A stretch of DNA of 57,265 bases, taken from positions 1 to 57,265 of IMG/VR virus record IMGVR_UViG_3300037247_000734; one strand, 5' to 3'. The notes beneath the pieces were generated by a model that was not told the DNA's origin, ran no database searches, and was given only the letters and a program-made list of their open reading frames with translations. The DNA comes from a virus. Taxonomy: Duplodnaviria; Caudoviricetes. This document shows positions 45,973 through 55,423 of this stretch, piece after piece. Numbering within the stretch: the stretch's first letter is position 1; each line of letters starts with the position of its first letter. The translations under genes and the position numbers were made by a program.

Positions 45973-46444
45973 CTAGGACCAGCAGCTTGCCAGTCACGAC
46001 CGAGATGGCAGTAGTTATCGCTGCGTCAACATTCAACCCCGCTGCGACCATGTGACTCGTGTAGTCCACATTGTTTGCCAGGGCTTCCCATTCTGCTGTG
46101 AACCCCGAGGAATCGAACTTGACCAACTCTCCGACATCATCGGCAGTTACAGGAGTAAGGGTCGCCAGGGTGTTGTTATCCTCATCATTAACAGTGATAA
46201 CCACTGTCGAGGACGAGAAAATCTCAGTGACGAACCCCTTGATCCCCGTAATGATGAGCCCATACTTGTTCAGTGACGCCGGGATCAGCTCCAGGTATGT
46301 GTCCACCGGCACTTTTGACTCGTCAAAGTCGAACTCCAGCATCGCACACTGGAGGTTCACAATCTTCCCCTCGATCGCAGCGTTCCGCGTCACCGCATTC
46401 GCTGTTGTTCCCTTCAAGCTAGCTGGAACTGTAAAGTCCGCCAT
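45941..46444 (-). CDS. Beta-rich acidic protein, possible capsid decoration
   Basis: AGGAG RBS; terminal GKLLVLVEF strand. Confidence 0.6.
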   Translation of the reverse strand: MADFTVPASLKGTTANAVTRNAAIEGKIVNLQCAMLEFDFDESKVPVDTYLELIPASLNKYGLIITGIKGFVTEIFSSSTVVITVNDEDNNTLATLTPVTADDVGELVKFDSSGFTAEWEALANNVDYTSHMVAAGLNVDAAITTAISVVTGKLLVLVEFYAIPSSE

Positions 46445-46455
46445 CTATCTTCTCC

Positions 46456-47034
46456 TTACTCGTCTGCGATACAACGCATACAGAGCATATACACTTTCAC
46501 TGCCGTATTATGGTTACTTGAGTCGGCCAACGTCAGCACGATCCGTAGACTCTCGTCCACGTCGATGACGGCGTTGTCCTGGTTAAACTGGCTCGTTCCC
46601 TGTACCAGACCGAAGAGTTCATCGTCGTTTATGCCACTAAGTGCGATCGCATCGGTGATCGTTACAAAGCTTTCCGAATCCGCCCCGTCGCCCCGCGAAA
46701 TGGTGATGGTATCCGACGCTATGGTCCCGGTCTCATCGAGTACAACGCCCCACGCCAGGCACATCTTGAACTTGTAGGGGGCGTCCTTGTTGAACACCGC
46801 GAAGTTGTGGACCTGTCCGTCTGTCTCGGCCCCGTGGCATACTGCCTCGATGATGAAGGGAATCCCGAAGCTAACCCTTATGGCCGCAGCAAGCTCGCCC
46901 CCTGGATCGGCGGCTGCACCCATATCCTCAGCCTGGGTCTGCCCCGTGGGGTCTTGCATCACCAGTCCGTCAAGACGGCTGACAACCTCTAGTTCCTGAT
47001 CCGTGCCAGCGAGATGCTTTAAGCTAATGCCCAT
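46456..47034 (-). CDS. Beta-rich acidic protein, first gene of the array operon
   Basis: DAPYKF, DESLRI, terminal CMRCI. Confidence 0.65.
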   Translation of the reverse strand: MGISLKHLAGTDQELEVVSRLDGLVMQDPTGQTQAEDMGAAADPGGELAAAIRVSFGIPFIIEAVCHGAETDGQVHNFAVFNKDAPYKFKMCLAWGVVLDETGTIASDTITISRGDGADSESFVTITDAIALSGINDDELFGLVQGTSQFNQDNAVIDVDESLRIVLTLADSSNHNTAVKVYMLCMRCIADE

Positions 47035-47122
47035 GTTTCGTGTTCCCGCTAAGAATTAAAGTATGGCTGACCGGGCTGGAATCCACTCGGGACCCAACCC
47101 GATCAACTCGTTCCCACGCTCT

Positions 47123-47151
47123 ATTATAGGACCCCCGGGGTCCACTGTCAA
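47123..47151 (-). promoter_or_regulatory. Consensus sigma70-type promoter with palindromic spacer
   Basis: TTGACA-GTGGACCCCGGGGGTCC-TATAAT. Confidence 0.8.
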
Positions 47152-47178
47152 GGGCGAAAAGTTTTTTCTTGAAAACTC

Positions 47179-47207
47179 TTGACTCCGGGGCTTCGGGGAC
47201 CTACGCT
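47179..47207 (+). promoter_or_regulatory. Divergent promoter for the replication arm
   Basis: TTGACT-17-TACGCT with upstream A/T tract. Confidence 0.55.
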
Positions 47208-47260
47208 TCAATCGAAGGCCGAAAAGGCGGCAGCGACGTAGAAATTGAAGGAAGGCTGTA

Positions 47261-47458
47261 ATGGAAGAGTGGAATATGACCCCGATCGAGGCCCACATGG
47301 CCGCGAAGGTGTGCGACCGCCTTTGGGAGGAGTTCGATGAATTCTCTGAGGAGGTACTGAACGACGGGGGGGAGGGAACACTTCGGGTTCTAGACGACCT
47401 ACATGAACTCAAGGGACGCCTGATGCGGGTGCTCCCCTACGAACCAAGGGAGGTATAG
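47261..47458 (+). CDS. Hypothetical protein
   Basis: AAGG RBS; first gene of the plus arm. Confidence 0.6.
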   Translation: MEEWNMTPIEAHMAAKVCDRLWEEFDEFSEEVLNDGGEGTLRVLDDLHELKGRLMRVLPYEPREV

Positions 47459-47460
47459 GG

Positions 47461-50121
47461 ATGGAGACCACACTAGACATTATTCAGCTAGGTCGGGACC
47501 GGGAGTGCACCCGGTGTGACCTACACGAGGAATGCAAGACGGTCTGTATCCCGACAACGTCGCACGGCGTGCCAGCGTGTCGCTCCCGTGCCATCCTGAT
47601 AATCGGTGAGGCTCCTGGTGGAGTTGAGGACCTCAAGGATCGGCCCTTCGTCGGGCCATCCGGACATATTCTCCGAAAACTGTACATCGAGTTCTTCAAG
47701 CTGGCCGAGAGGACTGACGTGTACTGTGCAAATGCGGCGAGGTGCCGCCCTCCTGGGAATCGGACCCCGAATAAAACTCAACTGAGAGCCTGTCACGGCT
47801 TTCTACTCGCTGATGTTGTTCAACTACAGCGGGAATACAATGAGGTCCTGGTCCTAGTGGTAGGTGGCCCCGCCGCTCGTGCAGTATGGGGTGGCTCCCT
47901 CAAAGATTCCTTCCGCAGGCAAGGTGACTTCACCGACTGGCACAACCTCGTAAAGAACCCGGACCCTGTGCCTAAGCCGTGTCGGGTGTTTTCGACCTAT
48001 CATCCTGCGTTCATTCGACGCGAACCCTCCACCGCACTGTCGGTCAAGCGTCACATGCAGATGCTATCCGACTACCTGGACGGCAAACTGAAGTATGAGC
48101 TTGACGATCTGCTGGACATTAGCACCGCCCCAATGCCCCCCGAGTACAAACTGGGCCGCTTGTCTCTCGATATCGAGACCTACGGAATCGTGAAGAGCTT
48201 TCCGAAGCAGCGGTTCTTCCATCCCAAGCTATCCGTCGGACGGGACTTCATCGCCTCAAAGAACCTAGTTCAAACATGCGGTCTGACTTGGCGGGAGCCT
48301 CTCACGAGTTGTGGTCTTGGAGCAGGTGAGGGCTTGCAGCAACACGCTATCTTCTACATGGACGATAGGGTTCATCGTAGTAGGTTGTGGGCATGGCTCA
48401 AGAAGTGCCGCAGGGAGTCGGGTTTCGAGTTCCTGTTGGGCCAGAACATCGTATTCGATCTGATGTACCTCCGTCATGCGTACCCGGAGGCCCGCATCCT
48501 GCTCGACGACCCCCTACCCATTATGGACCTGATGGTCCTTAACTACCTACACGACGAGTCCCGTCCGGAGAAGTCGCTCAAGGCCCTGGCTCCTCTCTTC
48601 CGCGTGTCCAAGTATGGCGACCCCAAGACCAAGGGGGAATTCAAGCGATACGACAACAACCGTGTTCCCGAACTTGTTCAGTACAACTGTCAGGACACGG
48701 CCAGTACATTGCGGATTGCTGAGAAACTGATGACCGAGATCAAGGGATTCTACGGTAATGACACCAAAAAGCTCTCCCCGTTCTGTATGAAGTGGTACAG
48801 TCAGCTTCTATGGCTAATTGTTTGGATGTCCGAGAACGGCCTCCGTATGGATAAAGGCAAGCTCGTAGAGTTGTTCGACCGGAATGAACGAGCCCAGAAT
48901 GCCATCACGCGGGCAGCCCGAGAACTCTACAATATGCCCCTCCGTGGTACGGGCTCTGAGAGGGCCAAACGTGCTATGATGGACGACGCTGTTACAGTTG
49001 TGGATCAAACTAACGAATTGCCAGACCTGGAGCTTACGGACAAGAAAAAAGAGATTTGCTTCTCGGCAGATAACCGCAATGCCCTGATGGACCTACTGGA
49101 CCGAGAGCTGCTTGCTTATAAGCAACTCAAGCTGTTCGGGGCGTATCAGGATGTGTCCGGTCTCATGGACCGCTACTTATACCCACTACTTGTGGGAGGA
49201 GGAAAGAAGCATGACAACAAGGCTAGTGTACTCCTCAATGGGTTTGCCTATCCGCGTTGGTTTCCCGTGCCCTCCGAGTTTGAGGATCGCTCGACCGGAG
49301 GGACCAAACAAGCTCGCATTGTGGCAAAAGGACCACCATGCCAGACATTTCCGCCTGTCGTCAAAAGACTTATTAGAGGCCGGTTCCCTACTGGCTGGCA
49401 GATATGGTTCGACTACTCGCAAATCGAGTTTCGCGTGGCTGCTCTGCTCTCGAACGACCCAGCCATGATGGAGGAGTATCAGGGGTCGCCGGACCTGCAC
49501 GGCACGACGACGTGCCTCATGTTCGGTGATGATATCGTCAACCACCCCCAGTACAAGGCCAAGTATCGGCAGGCGGGCAAGGTGTTCAACTTCCGTGCCC
49601 TCTACCGAGGCGGTGCCAAGAGAGCCCAAACTTCCCTTATGAAGGACCTCGGTATCCACCTCGACCTGGTTCAGATCACCAAGATCGACAACGCCTTCTG
49701 GAAGAAGCACCGCCGATTGCGTATATGGCAGGATGAACTGATGGCGTTCGTCCAGAAACGAGGGTTCTACGAACTACCCTTAATCGGACAATCGAGATTG
49801 TTCCTTGGTGGCAGGAAGGCCAGAGAACAGAAGCTCAACGAAGTCGTGAACCTGCCCGTCCAGGCGATCGCCGCCGACATCATGTTGTCGGCCCAGTACG
49901 TCCTGTGGGCCAAGCTCCGTCAAGCAGGCTTGAAGGCGGTCATCCCCTGCAACGTGTACGATGCGGCTCTCATCGAATGCCCGAAATACGAAGTCCATCG
50001 GGTGCGACGGATCATGGCCGAGGTCCTTCCGAACCCACCCTTCTACCAAGCGTTGTGCGACGAACTAGGACGTACACTCCCACTTGAATACGAGATAGAG
50101 GAGAAACGTGTTGTTGCTTGA
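47461..50121 (+). CDS. Family A DNA polymerase with N-terminal family-4 uracil-DNA glycosylase domain and 3'-5' exonuclease
   Basis: UDG: CxxC, GEAPG, PFVGPSG, CRPP.NRTP, YHPA. Exo: LDIET, N..FD, YN..D. Pol: DYSQIEFR, R..GK.FNF..LY, N.PVQ..AAD, VYD. Confidence 0.93.
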   Translation: METTLDIIQLGRDRECTRCDLHEECKTVCIPTTSHGVPACRSRAILIIGEAPGGVEDLKDRPFVGPSGHILRKLYIEFFKLAERTDVYCANAARCRPPGNRTPNKTQLRACHGFLLADVVQLQREYNEVLVLVVGGPAARAVWGGSLKDSFRRQGDFTDWHNLVKNPDPVPKPCRVFSTYHPAFIRREPSTALSVKRHMQMLSDYLDGKLKYELDDLLDISTAPMPPEYKLGRLSLDIETYGIVKSFPKQRFFHPKLSVGRDFIASKNLVQTCGLTWREPLTSCGLGAGEGLQQHAIFYMDDRVHRSRLWAWLKKCRRESGFEFLLGQNIVFDLMYLRHAYPEARILLDDPLPIMDLMVLNYLHDESRPEKSLKALAPLFRVSKYGDPKTKGEFKRYDNNRVPELVQYNCQDTASTLRIAEKLMTEIKGFYGNDTKKLSPFCMKWYSQLLWLIVWMSENGLRMDKGKLVELFDRNERAQNAITRAARELYNMPLRGTGSERAKRAMMDDAVTVVDQTNELPDLELTDKKKEICFSADNRNALMDLLDRELLAYKQLKLFGAYQDVSGLMDRYLYPLLVGGGKKHDNKASVLLNGFAYPRWFPVPSEFEDRSTGGTKQARIVAKGPPCQTFPPVVKRLIRGRFPTGWQIWFDYSQIEFRVAALLSNDPAMMEEYQGSPDLHGTTTCLMFGDDIVNHPQYKAKYRQAGKVFNFRALYRGGAKRAQTSLMKDLGIHLDLVQITKIDNAFWKKHRRLRIWQDELMAFVQKRGFYELPLIGQSRLFLGGRKAREQKLNEVVNLPVQAIAADIMLSAQYVLWAKLRQAGLKAVIPCNVYDAALIECPKYEVHRVRRIMAEVLPNPPFYQALCDELGRTLPLEYEIEEKRVVA

Positions 50122-50145
50122 CTTCGTCCAATTAGTGGGTATAAT
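50118..50145 (+). promoter_or_regulatory. Sigma70-type promoter
   Basis: TTGACT-16-TATAAT. Confidence 0.65.
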
Positions 50146-50168
50146 ATAGGCGAAAGGAACCTTTTCAA

Positions 50169-50933
50169 ATGAAAACTCAGAGAAGAATTATCCTTCCGGA
50201 CCTACACCTACCCTTCCACGATAAGAAGCTCTTGGCGTGCTGGCTGGAACGGCTCCGTTCCCGTATTTGGGACGGCGTGGACATCATAGGCGACTTCCTC
50301 GACTGCTATACGCTGAGCCGATTCGACGCCAATCCCACTCGAAAGGACACTCTCCAACAGGAGATCGACGAGAGCCATAAACTCCTACAGTATATCCGTA
50401 CCATATCTCCCGAAGCGGACATCAGGTATTCGGAGGGCAACCACGAGGATCGACTTCGTAAGATGCTGTGGGGAAAGGCCCCCGCTCTGGCTCACCTTCG
50501 CAACCTTACGATCCCCGACCTTCTGGACCTCCAGAACTTGTGTATCAAATGGCACAGTACCCAGAACCCCTACAAGATCAGCGACTTATGGTACACCCAC
50601 GGAGACGTTCTCCGAAAGCACGCAGGCATGTCGGCCCGAGCCAAATCTGAGGCCATCCACGGGTCAGTCATTGTTGGGCACACTCACCGTCAGGGTTGGT
50701 CGCCCCTGACGACGTGGAGCGGCACTGACGACGCCTATGAAGTCGGGTACATGGCTGATCCTACTCAGCTTGACTATGTCCGTACCCCCTTCAACTGGCA
50801 GTCGGGCTGGGCCGAGGTACAATTTGTTGATGGTACCCACCATGTGGACTTCTACCGAACGGTTGACCGTGGACGGGAACGAGTCGTAATCGGACCCGAG
50901 GGAGTGATAGCACAATGGAGAACACGAAGATGA
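50169..50933 (+). CDS. Calcineurin-like metallophosphoesterase
   Basis: DLH, GDFLD, GNHE, HG and GHTH motifs. Confidence 0.9.
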   Translation: MKTQRRIILPDLHLPFHDKKLLACWLERLRSRIWDGVDIIGDFLDCYTLSRFDANPTRKDTLQQEIDESHKLLQYIRTISPEADIRYSEGNHEDRLRKMLWGKAPALAHLRNLTIPDLLDLQNLCIKWHSTQNPYKISDLWYTHGDVLRKHAGMSARAKSEAIHGSVIVGHTHRQGWSPLTTWSGTDDAYEVGYMADPTQLDYVRTPFNWQSGWAEVQFVDGTHHVDFYRTVDRGRERVVIGPEGVIAQWRTRR

Positions 50934-51109
50934 GGATGATGGACTTCCATCTTACATTGAGCTGCCAGTTCGGGAACCGCTATCGTCAGGTGAGGTTCCA
51001 TCTACGTCCTTTCAAGTGGCAGTTTGGGGATGCCTCCTACAGACTCTCTTGCGGACTCGGACTGTTTCGCATGTATGCCTTTGGTCCTTTCGCGGTGCAG
51101 TGGGGATAA
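50915..51109 (+). CDS. Hypothetical protein
   Basis: Packed in the operon; start uncertain. Confidence 0.5.
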   Translation: MENTKMRMMDFHLTLSCQFGNRYRQVRFHLRPFKWQFGDASYRLSCGLGLFRMYAFGPFAVQWG

Positions 51110-51115
51110 AAGACG

Positions 51116-51358
51116 ATGAAACATTTGTGGCATAGGTGGCATACTTGCCATGTACGGTCGGAATGTGGGCAGCGGCCTCCCCAAATTAAGCGGGTGGATA
51201 TGGTATTCTACATTGCAGAGGCAACCTGCGAAGAATGTCTCACAATACGTCGAGAGAACGCACTCAGACAAGCGACTGAATGTATTGACCGTCGCTTCGC
51301 CCTACTTGATATAAAGCTCCACTTTAAGCAAGGGAAAACCGAAAAGGACGAGTTTTAA
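51116..51358 (+). CDS. Small Cys/His hypothetical protein
   Basis: H...CG...TCEECL. Confidence 0.55.
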   Translation: MKHLWHRWHTCHVRSECGQRPPQIKRVDMVFYIAEATCEECLTIRRENALRQATECIDRRFALLDIKLHFKQGKTEKDEF

Positions 51359-51378
51359 AATTCGACGGGGAAATCGGG

Positions 51379-51603
51379 ATGTCATCTGAGAAAACGCAAA
51401 AACCAGAACCGTTTTGGACAGGACCGGGATACCGGGGCGAGTACCAGTGCCCGCACGGTGTGGGCCACGGCAACCACATCCACGGTTGTGACGGTTGTTG
51501 TGAACGGCCTGACTACCCTCTTCGGGGAAAGTTGAAGGACGTTCCGTTCTTTGAGAGACTTGACAAGATCGACAAGATCATTGAGGAAGGGGAAGGGAAA
51601 TGA
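51379..51603 (+). CDS. Small Cys/His-rich protein
   Basis: CPHGVGH...HGCDGCC motif. Confidence 0.65.
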   Translation: MSSEKTQKPEPFWTGPGYRGEYQCPHGVGHGNHIHGCDGCCERPDYPLRGKLKDVPFFERLDKIDKIIEEGEGK

Positions 51604-51821
51604 CTGTTGACTTATATGTACTAGTACCGATTAGTGCCTGCTTAGTGTCTTGGATTGGGGGGTGTCTCGTTGGCAGGGCACTCCTTCGACGAGAGATGTC
51701 AGAGCAACTGGATCACATGAGGATGAGGTACGAAGTCGCGTGCAAGACAGCAGAGACCTGGAGAGATGAGGTTGAGGTCCTCGCTGCACGGGTAAAGGAG
51801 GACGACGATGGGAAAGGGTGA
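51600..51821 (+). CDS. Small membrane protein
   Basis: ATGA overlap; hydrophobic N-terminus. Confidence 0.6.
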   Translation: MTVDLYVLVPISACLVSWIGGCLVGRALLRREMSEQLDHMRMRYEVACKTAETWRDEVEVLAARVKEDDDGKG

Positions 51822-52113
51822 CAATACACGACCATTGAGCGTGTCAAAGGAGGAGTACGATGACAACTTCGAAGCAATCTTCGGAGAGAAGAAGCTCAAC
51901 GTCTGGGAAAACCCTCCCCGAATTGATGAGGGAGATCGACCGGACGGTGGACAAACTGTTGGCGTGCCCGAAGGACCGGACGGATCACTGGATTCACAGA
52001 CTCAAGAGCCTGCAAAGGAGACGGGATGCCCTTGCTGTGGAAAGACCCTGTGGCCCGATGGAACTGACAGGTGGTGGTGCCCAAGTTGTAAATGGACTGG
52101 AGAAGCCAAATGA
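51808..52113 (+). CDS. Hypothetical protein with C-terminal Zn ribbon
   Basis: GGAGG RBS; MGKG..RP.SV...Y..NF..IF motif; CPCCG and CPSC. Confidence 0.6.
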   Translation: MGKGDNTRPLSVSKEEYDDNFEAIFGEKKLNVWENPPRIDEGDRPDGGQTVGVPEGPDGSLDSQTQEPAKETGCPCCGKTLWPDGTDRWWCPSCKWTGEAK

Positions 52114-52367
52114 GCAGACGAAGTGCAAAGCCAGCCGGGCCGGTGACACGACGGGAACAGGTCGAGAGTCTCCGACAGATGAAGGCCCAGGAGGTAGCGA
52201 GTCGGGTGGCAGAGAGCATCCGCGAGGCAGTGAAGCAGGAGGTGGAGGCCCAATTGAAACCAATCAAGGACACGATGTTGGACCTGATCGACCGGGTGGT
52301 GGACCTGGAGAAAGACCTGTCACAAGCGATCGTCATGGTAGGCCAAAAAACCCCCAGCGAGGACTAG
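52110..52367 (+). CDS. Coiled-coil hypothetical protein
   Basis: ATGA overlap; heptad pattern. Confidence 0.6.
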   Translation: MSRRSAKPAGPVTRREQVESLRQMKAQEVASRVAESIREAVKQEVEAQLKPIKDTMLDLIDRVVDLEKDLSQAIVMVGQKTPSED

Positions 52368-52928
52368 GTGATTGCGACGGTGACGATCGACAGGCGGGAG
52401 CAGAGGGAGCTGAGGTTCCCAGAGGTAATGAAGTGGTATGGGGACCGGGCCACCACTGGACAGATAGTCATAGTCCGGACCCAGACTAAGCAGATGCCAG
52501 TCGGCGACTATGCTCTCAAAGGTTTCGAGGAGACCTGTATCATCGAACGGAAGGGCTCCATTCGTGAGCTTGCTACGAACCTGTTGGGTGACGATTGGGC
52601 TCGGGCGATGGATGCCTTCAAACGGTTGGCCGACGCCACGGCCCACCCGTACCTCATGGTGGAGTGTACCCCGGCGGACCTCAGAACTCGTTCCCGTTGG
52701 GTACATGAACCGGAGCGTGTGGTTGATGCACTCGCTGCCCTCATCGAGAAATTGGACTTACGCCTCATCCTGTGCGGCAGGGTGACAGATGTAAAGCAGA
52801 AGCGGACAGTGGGCGAGCTGATGCTACGACTCATGTTGGCCCACGCTTACCAACGGGAGACTGACTATGGCGAAGTCGAGGATGTTATCAAAAAAATTGG
52901 AGCAGGAAATCCACGAGGCTCTGGCTAA
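52368..52928 (+). CDS. ERCC4/XPF-family nuclease (probable resolvase)
   Basis: IDRREQ, GDY, IIERKGS..EL. Confidence 0.88.
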   Translation: MIATVTIDRREQRELRFPEVMKWYGDRATTGQIVIVRTQTKQMPVGDYALKGFEETCIIERKGSIRELATNLLGDDWARAMDAFKRLADATAHPYLMVECTPADLRTRSRWVHEPERVVDALAALIEKLDLRLILCGRVTDVKQKRTVGELMLRLMLAHAYQRETDYGEVEDVIKKIGAGNPRGSG

Positions 52929-53034
52929 GTGGGATGATGGCGACCACTGGGTGGGAGGTACTCCTCGGGAGACGCTTGATCTCCTAGATTCGGTGCTTTA
53001 CGAAACGACGGGGGCCTTTCATGGGAAGGAGTAA
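52867..53034 (+). CDS. 55-aa hypothetical protein (not in ORF track)
   Basis: GGGAG RBS; MAKSRMLSKKLEQEIHEAL...; bridges the gap to the next gene. Confidence 0.4.
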   Translation: MAKSRMLSKKLEQEIHEALAKWDDGDHWVGGTPRETLDLLDSVLYETTGAFHGKE

Positions 53035-53641
53035 TCTGGCGGGGGGAAGAGTTACAGAAGCAATGGGCAGACAGTTCATATTGGAGCAGGAAATGAGACA
53101 TGGGAACGAGAAAACTGAGTTCGAGACCGGGGCACACCGGGACACCGCCGAAGGGAAAGGAACCCCCAGTCTAATAAGTCCGATATTGATTCACCGACTT
53201 GGAGTGCTTCTTGAGGAGGGAGCAAAGCATTACGGGACCGATAACTGGAGGAAGGGAATGCCGTACCGTCGCGTGATCGACAGTATGATCCGACACACCT
53301 TCCTTGAGTTGGCCGGGGATAAAGAGGAGGACCACCTCGCTGCCATCGTCTTTGGGTGCATGTGTCTGATGACCTACAAATCTGACAAGGTCCTTGACCA
53401 GAAGCTCGACGACAGAGATGAGGGCCTGAAAAAAATTCTTCCATCTCTCTTGACTCCGACCCCGCCGAAGCCTAGACTTGAACGTGATGTACGCGAACAA
53501 GAGTTATCAACGCCCTCAAAGTGGCCAACGAAGATGCAGCCTTGCAAGGGTAGCTGTGGGGGAATGACGGTCTGGGAGGATGGGTATTGTCAGACTTGTA
53601 CAGTAAGGGGGGAGAATCCTAACCATGTCTGCTCTCAATAA
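53021..53641 (+). CDS. DUF5664 dATP/dGTP diphosphohydrolase-domain protein
   Basis: FETGA.RD...GK...SLI, GAKHYG..NWRKG, S..RH, EDHLAA; alternative start at 53093. Confidence 0.85.
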   Translation: MGRSNLAGGRVTEAMGRQFILEQEMRHGNEKTEFETGAHRDTAEGKGTPSLISPILIHRLGVLLEEGAKHYGTDNWRKGMPYRRVIDSMIRHTFLELAGDKEEDHLAAIVFGCMCLMTYKSDKVLDQKLDDRDEGLKKILPSLLTPTPPKPRLERDVREQELSTPSKWPTKMQPCKGSCGGMTVWEDGYCQTCTVRGENPNHVCSQ

Positions 53642-54830
53642 AGAACCAACGGTTAATGTCAAGCCGGGGACCAAGGTGCTCTCGGCGAAGTGCCGAACGG
53701 TACAGCAGGCCCATGAAGGCGGTAAGATGGGGTGGAATGTTCCGAAGTCCACCGTGGACTTCTTCAAGGAGATTCGTAAGCCGTTGATCCGGTCCTCGCC
53801 GCTCATGTGCCTGGACCATTGTCCGAGGAGGTTCCTCTATGAGTATCGTCTTGGTATTCGTCCGCGTCGTTACGAGTCTGCTCTCACGAGGGGCACGATC
53901 GTTCACAAGATTCTGCAAGCCCTCTTCCTGGGTCAGGAACCGACGGAGGCCCTCGCGGTTTGTGAGCGTCTCCTCGCAAAGGAGCAGGCAAAGCTGATCG
54001 AGGATGCCGGTCCCGATGGGTTCCTCCCTACTGGAGAGGCCCTTGAGCCCACCCTCAAGAAGTTAGAAGAGGATTACCATAAAGCCAGGGCGACCGGGTT
54101 GGTGTTCTGGCAATTCGTACCGTTCGCCAAAGAGAAGTATGAGGTTCTGCGAACGCCGGATGGCACTCCCATGATCGAGGTGCTCCTAGAAGCAAGGTAC
54201 CCTGGTCTCAGTCGCCCCATCCGGACCCCTTGTGACTTAGCCCTGGTTGAGAAAGCAACCGGGGATGTCTGGATCGTGGACCACAAAACCACGAGCTTCG
54301 ATCCAAAGAAGCGAGCGATCCCCACGAAGATCAGTGCCCAACTCGCCATCTACCGACTGGTCCTCCAGTCCCACCTGGATGCGTGGGCCGAGATTGCTTT
54401 TGAGAACCGTGGAGTCGAGGAACCTCCTCGGACAGTGGTGGGGTCCATGCACGCTATCATTAAGACACCGGGGATCAAGTTCTGTAAGAAGGACGCCAAC
54501 TTCGCGGCGTACATCGAGCGGCTAGTCCAGTGGTACAAGGACGCCGAGGCTAAGGACCCGGACAATCCTCCCCTGATCCTGGACCCCAATCGCTTCGCTG
54601 GCTCCCTAATGACCGGCGAGTTGTGGGGGCGACTCAAGCAATACTGTAAGGCGTGCCACGCATCCCCGAACATAGACCACTTCTACCGGGTCGGGGAGTC
54701 AGCGTGCCTCCAGTACAACAAGATTTGTCCCTATATGAAGCTGTGCAACAGTGACCCGTCCATGTGGCCGGACCTCGTTGAACAGCGATATGAAATCAGT
54801 TTCCGTGAGGACAGAGAGGAGAACGATTAA
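53625..54830 (+). CDS. PD-(D/E)XK nuclease, RecB/Cas4-like exonuclease
   Basis: CPRRF, G...H, DL, IVDHKT, QL..Y, terminal C..CPY..LC. Confidence 0.85.
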   Translation: MSALNKEPTVNVKPGTKVLSAKCRTVQQAHEGGKMGWNVPKSTVDFFKEIRKPLIRSSPLMCLDHCPRRFLYEYRLGIRPRRYESALTRGTIVHKILQALFLGQEPTEALAVCERLLAKEQAKLIEDAGPDGFLPTGEALEPTLKKLEEDYHKARATGLVFWQFVPFAKEKYEVLRTPDGTPMIEVLLEARYPGLSRPIRTPCDLALVEKATGDVWIVDHKTTSFDPKKRAIPTKISAQLAIYRLVLQSHLDAWAEIAFENRGVEEPPRTVVGSMHAIIKTPGIKFCKKDANFAAYIERLVQWYKDAEAKDPDNPPLILDPNRFAGSLMTGELWGRLKQYCKACHASPNIDHFYRVGESACLQYNKICPYMKLCNSDPSMWPDLVEQRYEISFREDREEND

Positions 54831-54831
54831 G

Positions 54832-55014
54832 ATGATCTTCGCAGTCTGGAGTCGGCTGTGTCGGCGTGTCCATCGGGCATTATGCTTCGTAGGCATCCAC
54901 GCATCGAACAGTACCTTCGAGTGTGGCAAAGACGCAGACGGCAAATGGGTGCCAATTGGATGGTTCTGTGGAGTGTGTTGTAAGTCTTGGGACACAGATA
55001 AGGAGAACAGCTAA
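54832..55014 (+). CDS. Small Cys/His hypothetical protein
   Basis: AGGAG RBS; LC..GIH and CGVC. Confidence 0.55.
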   Translation: MIFAVWSRLCRRVHRALCFVGIHASNSTFECGKDADGKWVPIGWFCGVCCKSWDTDKENS

Positions 55015-55015
55015 G

Positions 55016-55423
55016 ATGAACTTTGAGGGAATGGACAGGCGGCTTCGGGACCGAGTTCACTGGGCCACGGGTGATCTTCTGGGTAAGGTAGTAAGAGACC
55101 ACCTGCTCAAGGGCGGCAAGTTTGACAGAACGAAGATGACTCAGATGTTCTATGAGTGTGTCCGAACCGCTCAACTAATCGAGGACCTGTACGTGGGAAC
55201 GGGACTGAACCCACTGGAAAAGGAGGGGATGGATGAAGTCAGTGATAACGGGACGGGAAATCCCGAAGGACTTGCAGGGAGTGACGGGGCTGCGGGCCGG
55301 GTTTGTTATACCCCCCGTCCAGCAGATACGGTTGACGATAACAGGGCAGCCGGGAGCAGGGAAATCGACGTTTCTGAACTCGAACCCCCATCTCCTAAGT
55401 CTGGACCCGGAACGAGGGGGTGA
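55016..55423 (+). CDS. Hypothetical protein
   Basis: AAGGAG RBS; C-terminal part overlaps the next gene. Confidence 0.55.
   Translation: MNFEGMDRRLRDRVHWATGDLLGKVVRDHLLKGGKFDRTKMTQMFYECVRTAQLIEDLYVGTGLNPLEKEGMDEVSDNGTGNPEGLAGSDGAAGRVCYTPRPADTVDDNRAAGSREIDVSELEPPSPKSGPGTRG

Noticed and set aside
51860-52489. 209-aa alternative-frame ORF
   Set aside because: It overlaps three better-supported genes on the same strand. Its N-terminal part looks helical, so partial dual coding is not excluded.
52896-53094. 15-bp direct repeat ATTGGAGCAGGAAAT (52896 and 53080)
   Set aside because: Only two copies, both encoding LEQE. Probably a small local duplication with no further support.
2194-53641. Z-genome (2-aminoadenine) pathway suggested by the HD hydrolase and DUF5664
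   Set aside because: No PurZ/PurA-like gene is visible, and both families are common in ordinary phages.
53625-54830. CRISPR-Cas system suggested by the Cas4-like nuclease
   Set aside because: No repeat-spacer array or other cas genes. The context (Sak4-like, SSB-like) indicates recombination.
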